A stretch of 20,000 nt of DNA from Neocallimastix sp. 'constans' (taxonomy: Eukaryota), in assembly GCA_050613775.1 (NCBI GenBank), contig JBODTK010000016.1, positions 1,471,442 to 1,491,441 on the forward strand, written 5' to 3'. The position numbers were made by a program, and so were the translations under genes. Under the pieces are notes generated by a model. It did no database searches, was not told the DNA's origin, and saw only the letters and a program-made list of their open reading frames with translations. Of this stretch, positions 1 to 9,551 are shown piece after piece (within the stretch, counting starts at the first letter, position 1; every line of letters begins with the position of its first letter).

Positions 1-152
1 GAATTTATACTACTATATTAAAAATATATATATATTATATATATATATATAGTTATTCATTATTATTTGTATCAATCATTTTTATTTTTTAATTATTATT
101 CTTATTATTCTTATTATTATTATTATTGAAAATAATTCTAATTATTTAAAAA

Positions 153-313
153 TTATTTTGATCTTCTTCCTTTTCTTTCTATTATTACAGGTGCTTGTTT
201 TTTACTATTTCCTTCAATATTATTCATTTCATTAACATCTAATGGAGTTATTTCATTATTTTTATGTTGTTTTGAATTTGAATTTGCAATTTCTTGATTT
301 ACAAATAGTCCAC
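153..313 (-). CDS. Exon 2 (terminal) of the same hypothetical protein: (S)GLFVNQEIANSNSK…ERKGRRSK*
   Basis: Frame-compatible with exon 1 (619+161 = 780 nt = 259 aa + stop). Codon-like composition; TAA at 155-153. Confidence 0.72.
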
Positions 314-562
314 CTTTTATTAATATTATTATTATTTTCAACAGTTGTATGTATTATTGATAGTATTGTAATGACATAAATATTAAAAATAATATAATAA
401 TAAAATAATATAATATTAAAAATGTATTTATAATATATACAGAAAAAAGTTTAATATAGATATTTATATATTATGAAAAAAAAAAAAATAGTTATAATAA
501 TTTATATATATATATAAATAGGTATTCATAAATTATTAAATTTTTTTTTTCTTTTCTCTTAC
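314..562 (-). other. Spliceosomal GT-AG intron, 249 nt, phase 1
   Basis: Minus strand reads GTAAGAG at 562 and …ATAAAAG at 320-314. The interior is very AT-rich. Joining A + GT restores a Ser codon and puts the 153-341 ORF in frame. Confidence 0.7.
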
Positions 563-1181
563 TTATAGTTGGCCTATGTTTAGTAGAAGAATTTTTAGTA
601 TTTAAGTTATTAACAAAATTATTAAATTCTTCCTCTTCTTCTTTTGATTCGAAATTGAAATTTTGTTGTCCTTCTATTGTACTATTACTACCTACTGTTT
701 TTGAATGAGATGAGAATTTTCGGAAAGAAGCTTTACTGAAAGTTTTTGATATAGTATTTTTTAAATATTTAAATCCATATTTTTTAGTTCCTTTATTTTT
801 ATCTTTAGAATTTTCTTGGTTTTCACCATTTTTTCCATCTTTTTTATTCTTCTTCGTTTCCTCAGCAACATCTTCATTACTAGATTTATTACTCTGATTA
901 CCACCATTACTACTATCACTGGAATGACAACTGAGGGTAATACTTAGATCTTTCTTATTAAGTTCGAAAGCTTTAGCATAAGCTCTACTAGAAACGGAAT
1001 TTTTATTGGTTGTTGTTTTACTGGTATTTGCAGAAGTGACATTTTCCATACTTCCATGACCTGTTGGTGTACAAGAATTTAAGGAATTTTCTGACGATTG
1101 TACAGAACTAGGTATACTGCCAGACATATCCATGAATGCCTGTTTCGTAATATAGCATCCTTCATCGGGTGAAATACTCAT
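563..1181 (-). CDS. Exon 1 of a two-exon gene encoding a hypothetical low-complexity Ser/Asn/Lys-rich protein (259 aa spliced)
   Basis: Long ORF with clearly higher GC than its flanks. The ATG at 1181 is in AAAATG context with an in-frame TAA three codons upstream. The coding-like sequence (…KHRPTI) ends at a donor A|GTAAG (intron starts 562, phase 1), after which the track ORF runs into AT-only intron-like sequence. No domain recognised. Confidence 0.85.
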
Positions 1182-1569
1182 TTTAAATTAAGTATTGGAA
1201 TCAAGATTTGAATTACAATTAGTATTATTTAGAATTTAAATTTGAATTTGAATTTAAGTAGAATTAAATGAAGAACTTGAGTTGGGATTAAAAATTAATA
1301 TTACTATAAGTATTTTAATTAGTGTTTAAAAATAGTATTTAATATCAGTTTTAGTATAGAAATGAGTTTCAAATTATCCAATTGAATATATATTCGAATT
1401 TAATTTAAGTAATTTTTTTTTAAGATAGTTAAATTGAAAATGAAATGAAAATTACTTAAAGTTGTAACCTTAGAAAAATAAAAATGAGTAAAAGATTGAA
1501 AAATTGAGAAATGCTTTTTTTTTTTAAAAAAAAAAAATAAAAAATAAAATAAAATAAAATAAAATAAAT

Positions 1570-1618
<49 letters not shown>

Positions 1619-2605
1619 AGAAAAAGAAGATTTTCATATAAAGAATTTGTTGTTATTATTAAAGTTTTATAAATAATTGTTTAGATGATTGATTATATAA
1701 TAATTTTTTTTTTCCCCTTCTTTTTTTTTTTTTTTTTTTTTTTTAATTAATTTCTTTTATATATCTATAACTACTTCATTAATATTATTCGTTGAATTAT
1801 TAATTTTGTTATTATTATTTGATGTAATGACAGTTTCATTATTTATTTCGTTTATGAGATATATTACATATTTAATGTCATATGAATATAATATATATAA
1901 TACAATAACATCAAAAAAAAAAAATAAACGATAAAAAGTTATTTTATTGAGTTATTTTTGATTTTTTTTTTTTTTTTTTTTTTCTTATTTTTATATTTTG
2001 TTTGTTTGTTTGTTTTTATTATTTTCCTTTTTTTTTAATTTTTGAATGCTGAAAAAAATTATAAAAAAAAAAAGAAGGAAAGAAAAAAATGAATGAATTT
2101 TTTATAAATAATTTAATATAAGTGCTTTTCTTTTTTCCACATTATTTCTCCATATATTAGTAAAGAGATAAAAAAAAAAAATTACTGATATTTTTATAAT
2201 TGATCCAATGTACTCTTATATTAATTTTAATATTAATATTATTGATTTATATATATTTACAATAAAAAAAAAAAAGGTATATGTATGTAAATATATTTAA
2301 TATAAAAAGCTATAGATAAATATGAAAAATAAGATATAATATATATATATATATATAAATTATATGGTTAGTACATTTACATAAATTTTATTTATAATAT
2401 TAGAATAATTTTATAATAATATTTAATTAGTGATATACAATAAATTATATAAATGAATGATAAAATATATTAAAAAACTACAATATTAACAAAAAATGAT
2501 ATACTGAATAGTAATAGTTTTATGTAATAGTATCCTAAATTTAAACTAATAAAAATATAAATTTTATTTTAAAAATATATTTTATGTATCAATTTTTTTC
2601 TTTCT

Positions 2606-2639
<34 letters not shown>

Positions 2640-5231
2640 TTTCTTTTATCATAAAATATATATATATATATATATATTGTTGATATTAATGATTCTTTAT
2701 ACTATAATTATATATTTTATCTTCTTTTTTTAAAAAAAAAAAAAAAAAAATAATGAATTGTTAAAATATTTTCCAATAACGACAGCACTAATATTTTTAT
2801 TAGTTCATTTTTAATAAAAAAGATAAAATAATTCGAAATTTATCATATTTTAAATACTTTTTAATGATAAAAATTGTTGTAACTTGTTTCGATTTTTCTT
2901 AAATTATAAATATTGAACTTGAATATATATTCATATATTTATTAATCAATAAAAAAAAATAAAAATAAAAAAAAAATAAAATAAAAGATTGTCCTTATTA
3001 TAGTTTATATTTTAGTCAATTATATTATATATATCTCATCTTTTGTTCATAACTTTTTAATAATATATATATATATTTTTTATTAGATAATATAATATAT
3101 ATATTATTTAAAAACTTTTTCATACATTTTTTTATTATATCAGGATGTTTATTGATACTTTTGTTATTTTATTGAAAATAAAAAAAAAGAAAAGTTATTA
3201 TATTTTGTATGTTAATATCTTCTTTTTTGTAAAATAAATAAGAAAAGTTATATTTTGTTTGTTATATTAAAATAGATATTAATTATTTTATCCAAAACTA
3301 CTTTTAAAAATTTATCATATTAAAAGTAGTATACAAATTTTCATTAATTTTTTTTTTTTAAAAATATTTTTATTAATTTTTATTCATAATAATAAAGAAA
3401 ATTATAAAATAAAAAAAAAAAAATTATAAAAATAATAAATATAAAATAAAAAGTATATGAAATATGAAGAAAAAAAAAAATTAAAAAAAATTGGAAAATA
3501 CATAAATTTTAAAATAAAAAAAATATATGATTTAAAATTAAATAATATGTATATAAAAATAAATTAATATATCATTAATAAGAGGCTAAAAAGAAACAGA
3601 AAAAAATAAAAAATAGTTTTAAAACAAAAATATAAAAGAATGATTATAATTAATTTAAAAAAATTATAGTTCATTATTTTAATATTAATAAAAAATTATA
3701 TAAATATATATTTATTTAACATTTAAATTTTTTTTTTTTTAGATTTAATATTAATAAGTAATAAAAAATTGTTTCTTCTTTTTGAAGAATGATTTGACAT
3801 TATTTATTTAATTATTGAAACTTTAAAGCATAATTAAAAATCATAATATTATTAAATAAATAATGTATGAGAAAAAGAAAAATTAATAATAATAATTTTT
3901 AATTTTAATAATTATAACATATAGCAAAATATTTTATAAAAATTAATAACAAATATATGTAAATAAATTAATAAAATTAAAAAAATACGAAATATACAAT
4001 TATCTTTAATATACCTTCAACTTTGATTTTATTAAAAAATTTTTATTTAAAAATATAAATTTTTATATAAGTTTATTCCTTTTTTTATTTCTTATTTTTT
4101 TTTTTTTTATTTTTTCCAAAATTTATATTACTTCTTGAATACTATCTAATATAAGATAGAACTAAATATTCATATATATTTTTATGAATTTTAATCACTA
4201 CTTAGCATTTAAATATTATAATTTTAATTGTTCAATAAATTTAAATAAAATATTATTTTTCTAAAAAAAAAAAATAAAAAAAAAAAAAAAAAAAAAATTA
4301 ACAAAATACTTCGAAACAATTAAAATATATTAATATATAAAAAAAAAGTTTTTTTTTTTTTTGTGGTGTATTTATAAATAATTTCAAAATAATAATTAAG
4401 TATATTTTCAACTTTCAACTTTAAAATTTAATAAAAAATATTATTAATAATTAAAATATTAAAATATTTTTAATATAAAAATATTTATATTTCATCTTCA
4501 AATTTTATTTAATAAAGTTTTCTGTTATACTGAATTAAATTAATTAGAACTATAATTAAACCCTAAAATCCATTTTTAGCTAATTCTAAATAATATATAA
4601 CATGTAAATTATTTAAATATTTATACAAAATATATAAAATAAGCAATAAAAACAATAAAATAAAATAAAATAAAATAAAATAAAATAAAATAAAATAAAA
4701 AATAGAATTAATCATTTTTATTTATAATATTATTTTTAGTTTATATTATATTTATAATAAATAAAAATCCTATATCTATAATTTTAATTTTAAAATATTA
4801 GAAATTTTTTTTAATCAATAAAAAATTCCCCAAAAAAATATAAATTTTTTAAAAAAAAAAAAAAATAATGAAATTATTGTCTACTAATATAGTTTGTTCT
4901 ATAATATTTAAACGACAGTAAGATTAAGTACCGTCCTTTAAATACCCATTTTCTATTGTTGGCTTTATTTTTAATTCATTTTGTTGTCCTATATGATTAA
5001 TTAATATATAAATTATAAAAACAAAGAGCTTTTTTTTTAAAAAAAAATTATTAGATATAAATTTCTTTATATATATATATATTTGATTAAAAGTTTAATA
5101 TAAAAAACATCAATAAAAGTTAAGCAACAAATTAAAAATTAAAATAAAATATAATATAAAAAACTAATGACCGAAAGTTCAATAATTTTTTTTTTTTTTT
5201 TCATCTTCTTTTATTTAATAAAATTTTATAT

Positions 5232-5284
<53 letters not shown>

Positions 5285-5334
5285 ATATTTTTTCATTTTA
5301 TTTCATTTTATAATGTATAAATATAATTTAATAT

Positions 5335-5576
5335 TGTGGAGCGATTCAAATATTTTATACAATAAATTATTATAAAAATTTTTATTATATTAATATGTAT
5401 TGTTGTATTGTAATGGTATAAGTCGATGAATTATATGAAATTTTTATATTTGCATTTTTTATTATTATTATTATTATTATTATTGAAGAAATAATTAATT
5501 AAAAAAAAAAAATAATATAATATAGCATCATAATTATTATGTACATATATCACATTTTTAATGTGACTCCTCAATA
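5335..5576 (+). repeat. 5' LTR (242 bp)
   Basis: Aligns by eye with 8319-8527: CAAATATTTTATACAATAAATTATTATAAA vs CAAATACTTATAAATTAAAGTATTATAAA; ATTATATTAATATGTA vs ATTGTATTAACATGTA; GTATAAGTCGATGAAT vs GTATAAATCAATGAAT; TTAATGTGACTCCTCA vs TTAATGTGACTTCTCA. The terminal CA appears mutated to TA. Confidence 0.85.
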
Positions 5577-5588
5577 GATTAAGAATCT
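5577..5588 (+). other. Degenerate primer-binding site (GATTAAGAATCT)
   Basis: Directly abuts the 5' LTR end. Resembles the GGTTATGAGCCC-type PBS (initiator-Met half-tRNA priming) of Drosophila copia, Ty5 and many fungal Copia elements: 7/12 identical, and four of the five differences are G>A or C>T. Confidence 0.55.
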
Positions 5589-5653
5589 GATTCGATAAGA
5601 AACTAATCTTTATTTCATTATATTAAAATTCTTTTTTTACTAATATTTTAAGC

Positions 5654-5694
<41 letters not shown>

Positions 5695-6057
5695 TTTTTT
5701 TTCTTTCTATCATTAATGATTATTAATAAGTGTAAAATAAAAAAAAAAAAAAATTGCAAAAAAATCAATTGAAGAAAGTTCTACAATTCACCGACTCCAA
5801 CAAATTTTAAGGACAATGAAACTAATTCCTTCATTAATCAAATCATGATTAATAATTACAGCGACGATAATTCCTCTTCCGATAAAGATTCTTATTATAT
5901 TACAAAAGATATTACTTTTAATAATAAATACTATGGTAATTCAACAAATATTTATCTTTGAGATAAAGAATTTCGAATTATTCAGAGGTAGTTTTCTTCT
6001 GATCCATTAAAAAAAAAAAAAGGTATTTAGTTATAAATGACTCTGAAAATTTTATTG

Positions 6058-6103
<46 letters not shown>

Positions 6104-6283
6104 TATGTATGTATATATTAATCATATGAATAGAGATCAGATTAAATCTAATAATTTAACTCTAGTCAATTAGAATTAGTAGTATAAGCAAGTTAGACCA
6201 AATCTATTTATGTGAGTGTAAAACGGTCTTCTAGATGATACAATGATACAATGTTTAAGAAACCATTTTTTACTAAATTACAG

Positions 6284-6323
<40 letters not shown>

Positions 6324-6333
6324 ATTTCATTTA

Positions 6334-6810
6334 CTTGAAAATAATAGTATTAATTTTATCTATTCTACCCCTGAACGTTTAAACCAAATTCTAAATTATC
6401 GTGTTAAAAAAAAAAAAAAAAAAAAAAAACTTTTTATTAAATTCTGTAAAAACTTCCATTAAATTTCTGAGATTTTGTTATTCTAATGCTGCTGTTCATT
6501 TATTTAATCCTAATCCTCACCAGAATATTGATAATAATAATTCCTAAAGATTTGTTTTTTTTTCTTTTTTTTTTATTTTTTTTAACAAGTCCGTTGATAA
6601 CACCCATTTATAGATTTTTAGTTGTAAAACATTTTTCTATTAATAATCATATAAAAATAAAAATAATAGATTTTGATAATAATACTAAACCCAGTAATTT
6701 CCTTAAAACGCCAGTTTTTCCCTTAGATATAAAATTTTTTTGATATTTCTAACCAATTCTAGTATTACCATAAAGACCATCTATTTTATGGAAGGCATGC
6801 CTGGTACTAT
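6334..6810 (+). pseudogene. Copia integrase remnant (C-terminal half of the core plus the SH3-like region), with frameshifts and stops
   Basis: Translated fragments: LENNSINFIYSTP-ERLNQILNYRV (6334-6405, cf. GI…P…ERLNRTL); LPLNF*DFVI (6453-, cf. LP..FW..A); AAVHLFNPNPH (cf. A.YL.N..P); THL*IFSCKTFFY (6602-, cf. HLRVFGC); FDNNTKPSNFLK (cf. KLD.R…GIFLG); TIYFME (cf. V.F.E). Track ORFs 6486-6743 and 6740-6937 are partial readings of this fossil. Confidence 0.85.
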
Positions 6811-7304
6811 TAATACTTCTTTCTATTGTGATAAATATACCCATTCTATTATACATTTCAAGGATTTATTAATTGAAGGGAAAACCAATACTTATAGTAA
6901 CAATAATTATAATAATAATAATAAATTGCATATTTAAAAAAAACCCTTTAAATAATAATAATAATTATGATAATAATATTAATATTAATACTAATTTAAA
7001 AAAATAATAAATGAAATTTTTTACAATAATAATAGCAACTATTTAAATAATAATAATGATAATAATAATTTTAAAAATAATTATGACAATAATTTTAATA
7101 AAACTACAATAATATCAATAATAATTTATAAAATAATAATAATTTAAATAAAAAAAAATTAAAATATTAACAGAAAATAAATCAAATAAGAAAAGTTTAC
7201 CTAATGAATTAAATTATTATTTCAGTCAGTGATGTAGATAATGAACCTCTAATTATTAGAAAAAGGAAATTAACGATATATAAAAAAAGATCATTTAGCG
7301 AAAA

Positions 7305-7544
7305 TACAGGAACAAATAACGAAATTAATAAATTAATTATACTATTTATCAATTACAAAATAAATGAATAAAATAATAAATAAATATAAGATTTCTAAGA
7401 AATCTGATGTATACAAAATAATTGGAATAAATATATACAAAAGGAAAGAAGAATATAAAAGTAATCAAGTTGATTACATTAACAAAAATTATTAAACAAT
7501 ATAATATGAATAAAATATGAAATTAATTAATTAAAATTCTCATA

Positions 7545-7577
<33 letters not shown>

Positions 7578-7716
7578 ACTAATTAAATTAAGAAATAGAA
7601 AATTCAAATCCTGATAACGTAAAATGAATATAAATCATTTCTTGGTGCGCTACTATATATGACAGTAAAAAAAAAAATTAGACCAGACACCGTTTTTCGC
7701 CATAAACCAAACCTCG
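7305..7716 (+). pseudogene. Copia reverse transcriptase C-terminal remnant; catalytic YVDD region not found
   Basis: TGTNNEINKLI; KYKISKKSDVYKIIGINIYKRKEEYKSNQVDYINK (7382-, cf. F.M.DLG…LGI.I…I.Q..YI.K); YKSFLGALLYMTVK (7629-, cf. Y.SLIGSLLYL); RPDT / FAINQTS (7680-7716, cf. TRPDIAFAVNQLS). Confidence 0.88.
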
Positions 7717-7756
<40 letters not shown>

Positions 7757-7767
7757 TTAACCTTTAT

Positions 7768-7849
7768 CTATCTACTGTAGAAGTAAAAGTAGAATTTGCT
7801 TTTTAGTCTGACTGACTGACTGAATATAATAGGTCAAATAAAAACTATG

Positions 7850-7889
<40 letters not shown>

Positions 7890-8084
7890 ATACAAAGAAA
7901 TGTTCAATAAAGAAATACAAAAATCAAAATTAGGGTTGACTATAAAGCATGTAATGCAATCGCTCACTTTAAAAAAGGGTCTTTATAAACATATTGATAC
8001 TAGATCTAAATTTATTCAAGAAGAAATAGTTAATGATAATATTAAAATATACAAATAAAGAAAGCATGTTAGCTGATTCATTAA

Positions 8085-8089
<5 letters not shown>
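7768..8089 (+). pseudogene. Copia-type RNase H remnant
   Basis: LSTVEV…EF (7768-, cf. LSTAEAEY); LWFK (cf. ALWL); KIRVDYKACNAIA (7926-7964, cf. I..DN.AAI.LA); KHIDTRSKFIQEEI (7987-, cf. KHIDIRYHFIRE); MLADSLTK (8066-8089, cf. MLAD.LTK). Confidence 0.92.
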
Positions 8090-8122
<33 letters not shown>

Positions 8123-8310
8123 ATTACACAGGAATTAAAATAACTCAATGACACAATTCACAGTTCATCATAATATAAAATGAATAAAAAAAATATATAT
8201 ATATATAAAAATAAAAAATTTTCTTTTTAAAGTTTTTTTTTTTTAAATTAAACTTAATTTTTAAAAGATTAATAAAAAAAAAAAAAAAAAAAACATTTAA
8301 CACTTAATGT

Positions 8311-8318
8311 AAGAGGAA
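8311..8318 (+). other. Polypurine tract (AAGAGGAA)
   Basis: Purine-only run immediately 5' of the TG that starts the 3' LTR. Confidence 0.7.
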
Positions 8319-8527
8319 TGTTAAATAAAACAAATACTTATAAATTAAAGTATTATAAATTTTATATTGTATTAACATGTAATGTAATTATAGTATAAAT
8401 CAATGAATAATAAATGATATGTAATAAATTTGAGTCGTTCTTGTCTTTCTATTATGAAATTAAAATATATATATATTGAATTAATAAAATAATATAACAT
8501 TATATTTATTAATGTGACTTCTCACCA
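8319..8527 (+). repeat. 3' LTR (209 bp), TG…CA
   Basis: Starts TGTT after the PPT and ends CTCACCA, followed by the TSD AATAT. Homologous to 5335-5576. Confidence 0.88.
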
Positions 8528-8719
8528 AATATTATATAATAATATATTATAACTTAAATATTATACAAAAAAAAAAAAAATCTAATCAATGACCTAAAAT
8601 ACTTTAATTTTTAATATTATTATATAAATACATATATTTATATATTTTGGTTTGTTTGTTTAATTGTTTGTTTCTTTGTTCCTTTGTTTTATTCCTATAA
8701 TTAATTTAGGGATCTAAAT

Positions 8720-8786
8720 GATTTCATACATGGCATAAAGCCAAAAGTTTAAAAAAAAAAAGATTCATAAATGACATAAAGCCAAA

Positions 8787-8826
<40 letters not shown>

Positions 8827-9218
8827 TCTCATCAGTGACCTAAAATACTTTAATTTTGAATATCCTAATAATCCTAATATATATATATATATTATATTTT
8901 ATTTTTATTTTATTTTTTTCTTTTATTATTATTATTATTATTCAAATATAAAATTTTTATATTGTTTTTTTAGGGATCTTAATCCTCTTCATATATGGCA
9001 TAAAGCCAAAAGTTTAAAAAAAAAAAAAAAGATTCATAAATGACATAAAGCCAAAAGTTTAAAAAAGAAGATTCATACATGACATAAAGCCAAAAGTTTA
9101 AAAAAAAAAAAAAAGATTCATAAATGACATAAAGCCAAAAGTTTAAAAAAGAAGATTCATATATGGCATAAAGCCAAAAATTTAAAATAGAAGATTCATA
9201 AATGGCATAAAGCCAAAA

Positions 9219-9221
<3 letters not shown>
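8720..9221 (+). repeat. Forward arm of the 30-bp-unit array: 8 copies of GATTCATAHATGRCATAAAGCCAAAAGTTT in two blocks (2 + 6)
   Basis: Copies start at about 8720, 8762, 8986, 9031, 9070, 9115, 9154 and 9193. Within each block they are separated by A-runs or AAAAAAGAA-type linkers. Confidence 0.95.
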
Positions 9222-9257
<36 letters not shown>

Positions 9258-9262
9258 AAATA

Positions 9263-9315
<53 letters not shown>

Positions 9316-9366
9316 AAAAAAAAAAAGGAAAAAAAAATTAAAACTTTTATTAAATAATTAATTTCT

Positions 9367-9551
9367 AAACTTTTAGCTTTATGCCATATACGAATCTTCT
9401 TTTTTAAACTTTTAGCTTTATGCCATATATGAATCTTTTTTTTAAAACTTTTGGCTTTATGCCATATATGAATCTTCTTTTTAAACTTTTGGCTTTATGC
9501 CATATATGAATCTTTTTTTTAAAACTTTTGGCTTTATGCCATATATGAATC
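9367..9551 (-). repeat. Inverted arm of the 30-bp-unit array: 5 reverse-complement copies
   Basis: AAACTTTTRGCTTTATGCCATATAYGAATC at 9367, 9406, 9445, 9483 and 9522 (38-39 bp period). Confidence 0.95.

Larger units (their letters stand above)
5335..8527 (+). mobile_element. Degenerate, internally deleted Ty1/Copia LTR retrotransposon (3193 bp)
   Basis: Homologous direct terminal repeats start with TG (5335, 8319) and end …GTGACTCCTCAATA / …GTGACTTCTCACCA. AATAT flanks both ends (5330-5334, 8528-8532). A PBS-like sequence follows the 5' LTR and a purine tract precedes the 3' LTR. Integrase, RT and RNase H motif remnants occur in that order, which is diagnostic of Copia. Confidence 0.93.

Noticed and set aside
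314..341. Start of track ORF 153-341 (MKIIIILIK)
   Set aside because: Non-ATG start lying in the intron 3' end; the real exon most likely starts at 313.
492..562. C-terminal tail of track ORF 492-1181 (KRKEKKNLIIYEYLFIYIYKLL)
   Set aside because: Read-through into the intron after the GTAAG donor at 562.
2778..4918. AACGACAG occurring at about 2778 and about 4911
   Set aside because: Only an 8-bp match with unalignable flanks; insufficient to call a repeat or element ends.
6031..6050. INDSE as the decayed Copia protease active site (W..DSGA)
   Set aside because: Position is plausible but the match is too short to support a call.
6486..6937. Track ORFs of 85 aa and 65 aa as independent genes
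   Set aside because: They are frameshifted pieces of the Copia integrase fossil mixed with out-of-frame and poly-T sequence.
7969..8154. 61-aa minus-strand ORF
   Set aside because: Antisense to the RNase H remnant; its poly-Phe comes from a poly-A tract.
8720..9551. 30-bp repeats as a CRISPR array
   Set aside because: Linkers are short A-runs rather than unique spacers, copies occur in both orientations, no cas genes are present, and the context is eukaryotic.
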